Assembly (NCBI GenBank): GCA_016185635.1
Contig: JACPNF010000077.1
Location: 1 to 43,174 of the forward strand
Length of the DNA stretch: 43,174 nucleotides
Reading direction: 5' to 3'
Source of the DNA: Candidatus Woesearchaeota archaeon
GTDB taxonomy: Archaea; Nanobdellota; Nanobdellia; SCGC-AAA011-G17; JACPIM01
A program made the translations under genes and the position numbers. The notes below the pieces were generated by a model. The model had not been told where the DNA came from. It did no database searches and saw nothing but the letters and a program-made list of their open reading frames with translations. Every line of letters starts with the position of its first letter. The stretch's first letter is position 1. This document shows, piece by piece, positions 26,166-34,854 of this stretch.

Positions 26166-26990
26166 TTAATCCAAATCTATCCCTCTCCCCATCTCAAAAA
26201 TATCTTGTAGATAGCTTCCACCTATTTTTCTTATTCTTTCTTTCTTTTCTTCTTCAGATATTTTTGGTTTTTCTTCTGATTTTATCTCTTTTTGGTGTTT
26301 TATTTGATAAATAGTTTCCCTGTCTAAAATTTTTGCCCGACGTACCCCGAGGTCAGCACCCGAGCCCAAAGGATTGCCATCGCAGACCAGGTCAGCCCTG
26401 AAAGCATCAGCACCAAACCCAGCGACTTTTCCTTCTCTTGGTTTCCAATAATATAACCTTCCTTCTTTCACATTTTTTCTTGGCAAACCACTTTGATTTG
26501 GGTTTTTTATCCAATCATCGAAATCTATTCCCGAAATTCTGTCTTCCATTAAAGTATTTTCATCTAAACCTATTAACACTTCTATTAATTTTCCTGAAGA
26601 ATCAAATTGATGAGTACTCACCCCATACAAATGCCCAGTAATTATTGAATATTGATGATCAAGTCTTGTTCCTCTCCAAGGATTTTTTAATGCTATTAAT
26701 TCATCCAAAAATCTCTTTTTTAGTTCATTTGAAATTCTGTTTCCCTTGCCATTATAAACAACTTCTTCTGATTTTAATAATCCAATAGCTTCTACAAGTT
26801 CATTTGGATTTAACATAAAAGATCTTTCTTGCTTTAATGCTTCTTTTGTTTGAGGGTGTTTTTTATCTCTATGTGATAATTCCATTATTTCTATCCCCAA
26901 GGTAGGGTGGTTATCCCAGTAGTTTCCACTAGTTATTTCTGGCAAAATGATATAATTTTCCAGATTCACTTCTTGAATTAAATTAGTCAT
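26166..26990 (-). CDS. hypothetical protein, paralog 2 of ribosomal-operon insert family
   Basis: 274-aa ORF between rpl2 and rps19 with 1-nt spacers. It is paralogous to 24415-25248, and the 18-nt string CGTACCCCGAGGTCAGCA (encoding ADLGVR) is shared. Confidence 0.7.
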   Translation of the reverse strand: MTNLIQEVNLENYIILPEITSGNYWDNHPTLGIEIMELSHRDKKHPQTKEALKQERSFMLNPNELVEAIGLLKSEEVVYNGKGNRISNELKKRFLDELIALKNPWRGTRLDHQYSIITGHLYGVSTHQFDSSGKLIEVLIGLDENTLMEDRISGIDFDDWIKNPNQSGLPRKNVKEGRLYYWKPREGKVAGFGADAFRADLVCDGNPLGSGADLGVRRAKILDRETIYQIKHQKEIKSEEKPKISEEEKKERIRKIGGSYLQDIFEMGRGIDLD

Positions 26991-26991
26991 T

Positions 26992-27714
26992 TTACTTTCT
27001 TCCAGTTCTCCTTGCAGCTACTTTTCCTACTTTTCTTCCAGGAGGAGTTCCTCTTGCAACAACTCTTATCTTTGAATGCGCACGTCCCCTTCCGCTTCCA
27101 AAAGGATGATTAAGAGCATTCATAGCTACTCCAGAAGTTCTTGGCCAGTATTTTCCCCTTGCTCTCATTATATGATGTTGTTTTCCTGCTTTTACAATAT
27201 ATTTTTCAGTCCTTCCAGATCCGGATATGATCCCTATTGCTGCCCTGCATTCAGGATTAAACTTTTTTTGTTTCTTGGAAGGCAGTTCAATTAAAATAAA
27301 ATCTTCGCTAGCGCTTACTACTTTTGAAAATGTTCCAGCTGCCCTACAGAATTTTCCACCGTCTCCAGGAGAGCTCTCTATATTATATATTAAAGTTCCT
27401 TCAGGAATTTGTTTCAAGGGAAGTACGCTTCCCTTATTTAAGCTTGATTTTATGCCGGTTTCAACAATATCTCCAGTTTTAACCTCATTTGGTGCTATTA
27501 TATAAGCCTCTTCGTTGTTGTCATAAACAACTTTAGCCAATGGAGCAGTATGCCCTGGGCATTTAACTAAGTCAACTATTTTTCCTTTCAGCACAGATTC
27601 TTTTTCAATTTTGTCATATCCTCTGTGCCTAACATCAGCAAGGTATCTATGTGAAGGAGCTACAAATATTGGGCTTCCGCTTCCTCTCTTCCTTGTTAAT
27701 GTTCTCTTTCCCAT
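26992..27714 (-). CDS. rpl2: 50S ribosomal protein uL2
   Basis: RGSGSPIFVAPSHR...GGKFCRAAG...MNALNHPFGSGRG. Confidence 0.95.
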   Translation of the reverse strand: MGKRTLTRKRGSGSPIFVAPSHRYLADVRHRGYDKIEKESVLKGKIVDLVKCPGHTAPLAKVVYDNNEEAYIIAPNEVKTGDIVETGIKSSLNKGSVLPLKQIPEGTLIYNIESSPGDGGKFCRAAGTFSKVVSASEDFILIELPSKKQKKFNPECRAAIGIISGSGRTEKYIVKAGKQHHIMRARGKYWPRTSGVAMNALNHPFGSGRGRAHSKIRVVARGTPPGRKVGKVAARRTGRK

Positions 27715-27715
27715 T

Positions 27716-27967
27716 TTACATTAGTCCTAATTTTGTTGCAACATCCATCGCATTGTTGTCTTTGTGTAATTTTATAAAAGCTTTTTTTCCTTCTCTCCCA
27801 ATTAAAGTATTTACTTTCTCAACCTTTACACTGAACATTTCTTCAATTGCTTTTTTTATATCTGCTTTTCTTGCCTTTCTTTCCACTATAAATATAATTT
27901 TATTCTCTTCCTGCATAAGCTTAAGTCCTTTTTCAGTTGAAACTGGATATTTTAATATATTTTCCAT
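27716..27967 (-). CDS. rpl23: 50S ribosomal protein uL23
   Basis: ILKYPVSTEKGLKLMQEENKIIFIVERKARKADIKKAIEEMFSVKVEKVNTL. Confidence 0.9.
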   Translation of the reverse strand: MENILKYPVSTEKGLKLMQEENKIIFIVERKARKADIKKAIEEMFSVKVEKVNTLIGREGKKAFIKLHKDNNAMDVATKLGLM

Positions 27968-27968
27968 T

Positions 27969-28874
27969 TTACTTCTTTGCCTTCATGATTTTTTTAATTT
28001 TCTCTTCTTTCTTAGTTTCTTTTGTATTATCTTTTTCTAAAAGCTTCTTTTCTTCATGTACAACATGTTCTGTAAACAAATTTTTATTTTTGATTAATTC
28101 AACAGCGTCTTTTGTGAAAAAAGTCAGTCTTCCAGGCATTCCTCCAGGAGCTAATAAATCAACATTAAGGTTGTTTGCTAAGACTGCCTCTGTTCCTTGA
28201 ATAGAGCTTAAAATTTTTGATAATACCTTATTACTTTTTCCTAAAACAAATAAAGGCCCTTTTTTGTAATTGTATCTTCTTCCCCTGTTTTTTCCTTTTC
28301 CTGCCCTTACTTTTTTAATCTTTATCCTGTTAATTTCTTCTTCAAACCCTAATATTATTAACAGTTTGTAAAGGTCTTTTGTTTTCTTTAAATCATAAAA
28401 GTCCTCATCAAATATAATAGGCACTTCCTTGAAAAAATGTCCCCTTTCCTTAACAAAATTTTCATTTACAGAAGCACTCAAGGCGCTTCTTATTGCTTTC
28501 CTGTTTTCTTTTATATTTATTTTCTGGCTAAGTATTTTTGTAGCCTTAGGAGGATGAGCTTTTCTTCCCTTATACATGCCAGGAGCATAAGCACCTACCC
28601 ATCCAAACTGCCTTCCTCTTTTCCACAAGGTTTTTCTTGGTACTCTTGACATTGCTCTTCCATAAGCTGTCTTGTACTTTCTTCTTCTTCTTGATAATTT
28701 TGCAGAAACCCTCTCACCAGCATGAGGCATTGTACCATACCTTTGTCGTTTATTAGCTCTTATAGCTAAAAAAGCCCTATGAATTAAATCATTCCTCACA
28801 GGCTCGTCAAACTGGTTGGGCAGTTCAACAGTTCCTTTCTTTGTTCCATTTGAAGAATATAAGCTTGCTTTCAT
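27969..28874 (-). CDS. rpl4: 50S ribosomal protein uL4 with K/E-rich C-terminal extension
   Basis: GTVELPNQFDEPVRNDLIHRAFLAIRANKRQRYG..., second gene after rpl3. Confidence 0.9.
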   Translation of the reverse strand: MKASLYSSNGTKKGTVELPNQFDEPVRNDLIHRAFLAIRANKRQRYGTMPHAGERVSAKLSRRRRKYKTAYGRAMSRVPRKTLWKRGRQFGWVGAYAPGMYKGRKAHPPKATKILSQKINIKENRKAIRSALSASVNENFVKERGHFFKEVPIIFDEDFYDLKKTKDLYKLLIILGFEEEINRIKIKKVRAGKGKNRGRRYNYKKGPLFVLGKSNKVLSKILSSIQGTEAVLANNLNVDLLAPGGMPGRLTFFTKDAVELIKNKNLFTEHVVHEEKKLLEKDNTKETKKEEKIKKIMKAKK

Positions 28875-29836
28875 TTTTTAATATTCAATCCTAATGACAC
28901 TAACTCAAAACTTTGCACTCTTTTTTTAGGCCTTACAGCTTCCGTCATTATAACTGGCCTTTTGTAAGTGCCTACAACAGAGCCACTGACTAAAACATAA
29001 TTATTTTTTACAACCCCATATTGCCTGAACCCGCCTGCATTTTCTATTTCTTTTGGATTGTTCCCTATTTTTAACAGTAATTTATTATACTCAGTTCTTT
29101 GATGGAATCCCATCTTTCCTGGCTGTGCAACAGTGCTTCTTACTCTTGATGGATGCCATGGTCCTACTGAACCTATTCCTCTTACTTTTTTCTTTGACTT
29201 ATGAGCCACTCTTCCAACTCCAAATCTTTTTATTGGTCCTTGAAAGCCCTTTCCTTTTGTAACTCCATGCAGATCTAATAATTGGCCTTCCTTGAAAACA
29301 TCATTTATTTTTATTTCCTTGTCAAGAAGGCTGTTTAAAAAGGCTGTTTTTTCTTCAAGATCTTTTCCTCCAACTTTCATTTCAGACACTTCAGGTTTTT
29401 TTCTGCCTACCCCAGTTAATTTTGGCTTTGTATAAACTACAATTCTAACTTCATCAAATTCTTTAGGAATAGCAGTATTTTTCTTTCCAGTCATGACTTT
29501 TCTTTTTAATTCCTTGTCGACATTTTTTGAAAAAACCTCAGAAATAAGCTTTAACCCGTCAAAATGTTGTTTGTAAAATCTTAAAGAAAGAACGCTTAAA
29601 GAAGGGCACTCTATAATCGTGATAGGAACAGCAATATTCTTTCCTTTAGTCATTGAATTAACAGTATTGTCTTTTACCATTGCCTGAGTCATTCCAACTT
29701 TATATCCAATAAACCCAAGAAGCTTTAAATTAGTATTATTATCAACCCAGTTCCTTATCCTTGCATAAGACTTTTTAGCCCTGCTTCTAGGCCAGACTTG
29801 CATGCTTCCTTTTCTTGGTTTGCTGTACTTTGACAT
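28871..29836 (-). CDS. rpl3: 50S ribosomal protein uL3
   Basis: KPRKGSMQVWPRSRAKK...GYKVGMTQ...VTKGKGFQGPIKRFGV; first gene of the cluster. Confidence 0.95.
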   Translation of the reverse strand: MSKYSKPRKGSMQVWPRSRAKKSYARIRNWVDNNTNLKLLGFIGYKVGMTQAMVKDNTVNSMTKGKNIAVPITIIECPSLSVLSLRFYKQHFDGLKLISEVFSKNVDKELKRKVMTGKKNTAIPKEFDEVRIVVYTKPKLTGVGRKKPEVSEMKVGGKDLEEKTAFLNSLLDKEIKINDVFKEGQLLDLHGVTKGKGFQGPIKRFGVGRVAHKSKKKVRGIGSVGPWHPSRVRSTVAQPGKMGFHQRTEYNKLLLKIGNNPKEIENAGGFRQYGVVKNNYVLVSGSVVGTYKRPVIMTEAVRPKKRVQSFELVSLGLNIKK

Positions 29837-29850
29837 ATCTTACTTTTGCT

Positions 29851-29914
29851 GGATTTTCTTTTTATAAGCCTTTTCCGTCGTTTTTCCCTGAAGGCTTTTC
29901 CTAAAAGGCTTCTT
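29851..29914. repeat. copy R7 of repeat family (upstream of rpl3)
   Basis: The 34-mer TTTTTCCCTGAAGGCTTTTCCTAAAAGGCTTCTT at 29881-29914 is identical to 34528-34561. It is preceded by GGATTTTCTTTTT, as in R9. Confidence 0.8.
29861..29867 (-). promoter_or_regulatory. candidate TATA box of the ribosomal operon
   Basis: The minus strand reads AAAGGCTTATAAAAAG, with the box centred about 28 nt upstream of the rpl3 ATG (29836). This is leaderless-type geometry. Confidence 0.4.
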
Positions 29915-30030
29915 CCTAGAATTAGCGACTGATTATATACGTAGAGGGTAAAGTTTTAAAGAAAATTTTCATTTATAAACATATCGTTTTATCCATTAAT
30001 CTTAAAAATATAATAAAAAAAGTATTTCTT

Positions 30031-30897
30031 ATGAAAAGGCTTACTATATTAATAGTAAATTACAAAAATAGCAGAGATACAGTTGAATTAATTGAAAACC
30101 TAAAATATTCAACATTTAATGACTTTAATATAGTTGTATGGGATAATAATTCTCCCAGGGATGAGTTCTTTAAAAGATTAGAAGAAAATAAGGAAATAAG
30201 ACTCATAAAAAATGATAAAAACATAGGCCTTACTGGAGCAGTTAATGAATCTTTAAGGCATATAACAACAAGATATGTTCTTTTGTTGAATCCTGATATT
30301 ATTATAGACAAAAATGCTGTAAAAGAACTTTTAGATTTAATTGAAAGTGATGAAAAAATAGCATTTGTTGGCGGCTCAATTTATAGTTTCATAAATAAAG
30401 ATAAAATAGATGCTTTTGGCGGAAAGATAAATTTCTTCACAGGCATAGGAAAGCCGTTAAAAAATGAAAATAAAATTAGGGAATTAAAATTTGGTGAATA
30501 CTGCGATGCCTGCATCTTGATGTTTAACAAGGATATTTTTGAAGAACTAGGAAAATATGATAACAGGTTTTTTGCTTATGCAGAAACTGAAGATGTATTG
30601 TTTATGGCAATGAAAAAAGGCTACAAAGTTATGATAAATCCAAAAGCAAAAGTATGGCACAAGCAATATGGAAGTTCAGGTGGGGAAAAAAATAAATTTG
30701 TTGTTTATCAGCTGACAAGAAACAGGTTCTTGATGATGAAAAAAAATGTTAATGCATTAAGATTTTTTTTATTTTTAATTATAAACTTCCTATTAATCTT
30801 TCCAGTTCAGTTTTTCTTATTTATTTTCAGAAAGCAGTTTGGCTTGATTCCTTCTTTTTTAAAGGGAATTTTCGATGGTTTGATAGGAAGATACTAA
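30031..30897 (+). CDS. family 2 glycosyltransferase
   Basis: LTILIVNYKNSRDTVELIENL...VVWDNNS...LLNPDII..., with a C-terminal TM segment. Confidence 0.75.
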   Translation: MKRLTILIVNYKNSRDTVELIENLKYSTFNDFNIVVWDNNSPRDEFFKRLEENKEIRLIKNDKNIGLTGAVNESLRHITTRYVLLLNPDIIIDKNAVKELLDLIESDEKIAFVGGSIYSFINKDKIDAFGGKINFFTGIGKPLKNENKIRELKFGEYCDACILMFNKDIFEELGKYDNRFFAYAETEDVLFMAMKKGYKVMINPKAKVWHKQYGSSGGEKNKFVVYQLTRNRFLMMKKNVNALRFFLFLIINFLLIFPVQFFLFIFRKQFGLIPSFLKGIFDGLIGRY

Positions 30898-30918
30898 ACA
30901 TCAAAATTGTATAATAAA

Positions 30919-31767
30919 TCATTTTTCAGCTATGAGTTTTCTCTTATTCTTTTCAGGTTCTGCTAAATAATTTTCTGAAGTAGTTATATCTTTGCCAGTT
31001 TCTAATTCAAGTTTCTTTCTTGCATCACCAGCAATCTTACCACCTTTCATGGCAGCAGATTTGTTTTCTTGAAATCCTTGAGTATCTTTTTTTCTTGCAA
31101 TTTCTGTTGTCGAAGCTTCACCAAGCATGTTAAATATTAATTCAAGATCAGTCATATGGTCTCGTAGATTTTCTCTTTTCAGACCTTTGAATTTCTTATA
31201 CTCATCGACAGTCTTGCCAAAAGTGGCTTTACTTATTTCATTAGTCAAAATAGCATAGTCATTATCTTCCTTGACCCCTCTTTTATTCCATTCATCAGTC
31301 AGCTCTTGCCTGATGGCTATGCCCCTTACTCTCTTTTCAATCCATTCTTCAGAATAACCTTTTGCCCTGTAGATCTCTTTCATCCTTGTCTGTGCAAGCT
31401 CTGGGTTTTGTATCTCTTCGACACGCTCGTAGCCGACTTTGGCAAGCCATTGCTTGAACGGCTCTGCCTTTGGTGAAGGAATAGACTGAATAATCCTAAA
31501 TAAGGTTTCTGTATTAGCACAATCAGTTTCATAGAATTTTCCATCTGCAGCCGGTAATTTCAGTTGGTGACAATTTGTCACCACCTCACTTCCTTCTTCT
31601 TTTAGTCTTTGACTGAGCTTATTCCAGTACTTTCTGGCTTTTAGATATTCATCTTGTTCTGTAAGAACTGCAATAATATCAACTACTGAAAAGTGCCACC
31701 CCCCATTATGCCATATCCTTCTTATTTTTTTATCCTGAAAAACAACCAAAGTATTATTTTCAGCCAT
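30919..31767 (-). CDS. Bro-N domain protein (BRO/DinD-like)
   Basis: LVVFQDKKIRRIWHNGGWHFSVVDIIAVL...KAEPFKQWLAKVGYERVEEIQNPELA...; visibly G+C-richer codons than its neighbours. Confidence 0.65.
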   Translation of the reverse strand: MAENNTLVVFQDKKIRRIWHNGGWHFSVVDIIAVLTEQDEYLKARKYWNKLSQRLKEEGSEVVTNCHQLKLPAADGKFYETDCANTETLFRIIQSIPSPKAEPFKQWLAKVGYERVEEIQNPELAQTRMKEIYRAKGYSEEWIEKRVRGIAIRQELTDEWNKRGVKEDNDYAILTNEISKATFGKTVDEYKKFKGLKRENLRDHMTDLELIFNMLGEASTTEIARKKDTQGFQENKSAAMKGGKIAGDARKKLELETGKDITTSENYLAEPEKNKRKLIAEK

Positions 31768-31958
31768 TTCCTCAATAAAGATATTGTGTTTTTTAATTAT
31801 TTAGGTAAGATAGAATATAAGTAAACATATTTGTTGAAAAGTTTGCAAGTATATTGAAAGATTTTCAGGATTTATGAAATATTTTCTTATTATTTGAAGA
31901 TACTAAATTACAATAATTCTTTTAAATGTTATAATCTTTAATATGTTTGGGGACTTTT

Positions 31959-32957
31959 ATGACAAGGATATTACTTACAGGAGGAGCTGGATTCATAGGG
32001 CATCATTTTGTTAATCATTTTCTTAACTTTACAGATTGGGATATTGTAGTTTTAGATAAATTAAATTATGCAAGCAGTGGTTTAGACAGGTTAAGAGATA
32101 TAAATACCTTCAATGAAAAAAGGGTTTTAATTTTAACTCATGATTTTACTAGACCAATTGAGGAAGGAATTGCGAAAGAGATAGGGGATGTTGAGTATAT
32201 TTTTCATTTGGGTGCTGAAAGTCACGTCAACAACAGCATAAAAAATCCAGAGCCGTTTGTAATGTCGAATGTCATTGGTACAATGAGGCTACTAGACTTT
32301 GCCAGGAAATGTAAAAGCTTAAAAAAATTCAATTTTTTTAATACTGATGAAGTTTTTGGCCCTGCACCAGAAGGTATTTTTTATAAAGAATGGGATAGGC
32401 ATAACCCTACAAATCCATATTCCGCAACAAAAGCAGGTGGGGAGATGCTTTGTCTAGCCTATGCTAATACTTATGGATTACCAATAGTTCTGACAAACAC
32501 GATGAATGTCTTTGGCGAGAGGCAGCATCCTGAAAAATTTATTCCCATGACAATAAGAAAAATTCTAGCTGGTGAAAAAGTCATAATCCATTCAGATCCT
32601 ACAAAAACAAAAGCAGGTTCAAGATTTTGGATACATGCCAGAAATGTTGCAGCAGCAATTATGTTCTTATTAGACAAGGGAAAAAACAGGGATAAGTATA
32701 ATATAGTGGGTGAAAGAGAAGTAGATAATTTGGAAATGGCAAAATTCATCGCAAAAGTCCTAAGAAAAGAGTTAAAATATGAAATGGTGGACTTTCATTC
32801 AAGCAGGCCAGGTCATGACTTAAGATATGCTCTTGATGGAACTAAAATGAAAGAAATGGGTTGGAATATCCCAATGACATTTGAGCAGTCATTGGAAAAA
32901 ACAATTAAATGGACTTTGGCAAATCCTAAGTGGCTGGAATTAAGCAAATATGAATAA
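31959..32957 (+). CDS. NAD-dependent sugar-nucleotide 4,6-dehydratase/epimerase (dTDP-glucose 4,6-dehydratase-like)
   Basis: ILLTGGAGFIGHHFV (Rossmann), YSATKAGGEML (YxxxK). The ATG at 31959 is preferred over the TTG at 31947. Confidence 0.8.
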   Translation: MTRILLTGGAGFIGHHFVNHFLNFTDWDIVVLDKLNYASSGLDRLRDINTFNEKRVLILTHDFTRPIEEGIAKEIGDVEYIFHLGAESHVNNSIKNPEPFVMSNVIGTMRLLDFARKCKSLKKFNFFNTDEVFGPAPEGIFYKEWDRHNPTNPYSATKAGGEMLCLAYANTYGLPIVLTNTMNVFGERQHPEKFIPMTIRKILAGEKVIIHSDPTKTKAGSRFWIHARNVAAAIMFLLDKGKNRDKYNIVGEREVDNLEMAKFIAKVLRKELKYEMVDFHSSRPGHDLRYALDGTKMKEMGWNIPMTFEQSLEKTIKWTLANPKWLELSKYE

Positions 32958-32995
32958 AGAAAAGTTTATATTAATAATAATTTTTAGATAGAATA

Positions 32996-33826
32996 ATGTT
33001 CAGAAAGTACGGGTTTTTAGGGATATTATTGATATTATTAGTTGAGATAAATTTCTTTTACAGATATGTTGATATGGGGACTTTGTACTTTCCTTTAATC
33101 TGGTTTGGCTATATTTTTTTAGTAGATGCTTTGGTTTACAAATTGAGTAGAAATTCTTTGATATCCAACAGGCCTTACCAGTTTTTAGGGTTAATTATAT
33201 TAAGTGCCTTGTTCTGGTGGACATTTGAACTAATAAACTTTGCAGCAAGAAATTGGGAATATAAAAGCCTAGGAACAATATTCCCATATGGAATTGCAGT
33301 AATAATAAAAACACTTTCATTCTCAACAGTTCTCCCTGCTTTTTTTGAAACAGTTGAGCTAATTAAGTCAGTTCATTTGTTTGATAATAAAAAATTAAAA
33401 AAGAAGCACAATATTACAAAAAGGTTTATCCATGTAATGTTTGGAATAGGAATAATTTCTTTTATACTGCCAGTAGTATATCCAAATTATTTTTACCCGT
33501 TAATCTGGAGTACTTTTTTCTTTTTATTAGACCCAATAAATTATTTGCACAAGCAGCCGTCAATAATACAGCACTTAAAGGACAGAAAGCTGGCAATACC
33601 ATTTTCATTGTTATTGGCAGGAATTATTTTAGGATTTTTTTGGGAATTCTGGAATTACTGGGCTACAACAAAATGGTATTATAATATTCCTTTTGTAGGT
33701 TTCTTTAAAATATTTGAAATGCCAATTTTAGGTTATCTGGGTTACTTTCCCTTCTCATTTGAGCTGTATGCAATGTACTGGTTTACAAGAAGTTTGTTAT
33801 TGAAAAAAGAAAAGCAGTTAATCTAA
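32996..33826 (+). CDS. polytopic integral membrane protein, unknown function
   Basis: 276 aa with multiple hydrophobic helices, W/F/Y-rich. Confidence 0.5.
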   Translation: MFRKYGFLGILLILLVEINFFYRYVDMGTLYFPLIWFGYIFLVDALVYKLSRNSLISNRPYQFLGLIILSALFWWTFELINFAARNWEYKSLGTIFPYGIAVIIKTLSFSTVLPAFFETVELIKSVHLFDNKKLKKKHNITKRFIHVMFGIGIISFILPVVYPNYFYPLIWSTFFFLLDPINYLHKQPSIIQHLKDRKLAIPFSLLLAGIILGFFWEFWNYWATTKWYYNIPFVGFFKIFEMPILGYLGYFPFSFELYAMYWFTRSLLLKKEKQLI

Positions 33827-34521
33827 GCTTCAAAATTTATTTCTTTTTCAATTATTTTTCCATCAATGTTTAACATTCTTTTTATTTTTCCTTTCCTTAA
33901 GGCATTTTCTCTTGCCATTGCAGGATTATCCATGTCTTTATCGCTTACAATTAGTTCATTAATGGTAAAAGTATGGTTTATTTTTAATTCAGAAAAATTT
34001 TCATTTACATCAAAAGCAAATTCCTTGATAAAATTTAAGTCCTTAGCTGTAAAAGTGCAGAAATCTGCTTTAACTTCATTGTCTTTTCCAGGCTTTGCAG
34101 CCTTAGGAGATTTAACTTTTACTTTTAAAGTTCCATAATCTGTTGCAAAGCTCAATAAAAATAAGGCATCTGAAAATTTATTGAAAATATTGTTTAATGA
34201 ATCTTTGTCTATTTCATTATCAATCAAAAATGTCTTTACTCCTGCAAACTGCTTCATCTGAACATCAAAATTTAATTCTTTTCTTATATCTTTTTTAGTA
34301 ATTATTCCACCGGAAACTTTTGCCTTGTCTTTAACAGTATTTGCTAAAAATCTTGCAAAATCTTCTGCAAACTCAAAGCTGGTTTTTACTTTTACAGAAC
34401 TTTTTGATTTTTTTACCTCAACAACAGCCCTGTTTTCATAAACTCCCTTTCCAAATCTCTTGAACTGCTTATGTACTAAATTGTCGGTTTTTCCTTCAAA
34501 TATTTTTTTTATGAAATTCAT
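33823..34521 (-). CDS. hypothetical protein
   Basis: 232-aa ORF. Its first 12 coding nt plus 4 upstream nt are duplicated at 34560-34575. Confidence 0.5.
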   Translation of the reverse strand: MNFIKKIFEGKTDNLVHKQFKRFGKGVYENRAVVEVKKSKSSVKVKTSFEFAEDFARFLANTVKDKAKVSGGIITKKDIRKELNFDVQMKQFAGVKTFLIDNEIDKDSLNNIFNKFSDALFLLSFATDYGTLKVKVKSPKAAKPGKDNEVKADFCTFTAKDLNFIKEFAFDVNENFSELKINHTFTINELIVSDKDMDNPAMARENALRKGKIKRMLNIDGKIIEKEINFEA

Positions 34522-34524
34522 TTT

Positions 34525-34561
34525 TTATTTTTCCCTGAAGGCTTTTCCTAAAAGGCTTCTT
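34525..34561. repeat. copy R8 of repeat family, flanked by 16-bp direct repeats
   Basis: The 34-mer at 34528-34561 is identical to R7. The flanking TTATGAAATTCATTTT occurs at 34509-34524 and 34560-34575. Confidence 0.85.
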
Positions 34562-34573
34562 ATGAAATTCATT

Positions 34574-34807
34574 TTAGGAAGAGTTAGTCTGGTTATTTTT
34601 TGGAAGCCATTCTTTTTTTGTAACCTCTCCTGTAATGTCTTTTACATTAGTAAAAACGCTGTAAACCCAACCAGAATAAACCTTGGCAAAACTTATTAAA
34701 TCATCCTTGTTCTTTAGATTATAATTGTTATACGTCTTGACAAAATAAGCCCCTATTACTAACAGGATTAATATTAAGACAACAAGTCTGCTTATTAATT
34801 TAGGCAT
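34574..34807 (-). CDS. small N-terminally membrane-anchored protein
   Basis: 77 aa starting MPKLISRLVVLILILLVIGAYF... Confidence 0.4.
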   Translation of the reverse strand: MPKLISRLVVLILILLVIGAYFVKTYNNYNLKNKDDLISFAKVYSGWVYSVFTNVKDITGEVTKKEWLPKNNQTNSS

Positions 34808-34854
34808 ATCAATTTAGAAAGGTTTAAAATATAATATAAAGCTTTTTATTTTAT

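Noticed and set aside
12068-29262. Many other plus-strand ORFs across the ribosomal cluster. They are 12068-12319, 14061-14294, 14694-14921, 16432-16800, 16674-17096, 19366-19683, 19986-20522, 21130-21417, 21414-21719, 21812-22129, 22089-22388, 22105-22341, 23100-23369, 23239-23517, 25209-25469, 25594-25803, 25865-26065, 26438-26641, 27076-27294, 27227-27505, 27651-28040, 27937-28200, 28437-28649 and 29053-29262.
   Set aside because: All lie entirely antisense to recognisable minus-strand genes and have hydrophobic or low-complexity translations. None shows a motif.
34525-34572. Mini-ORF MNFIRSLLGKAFREK created upstream of gene 33823-34521
   Set aside because: It is a by-product of the 51-bp repeat insertion that duplicates the start codon. 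It is not counted as a gene, though it might act as a decoy uORF.
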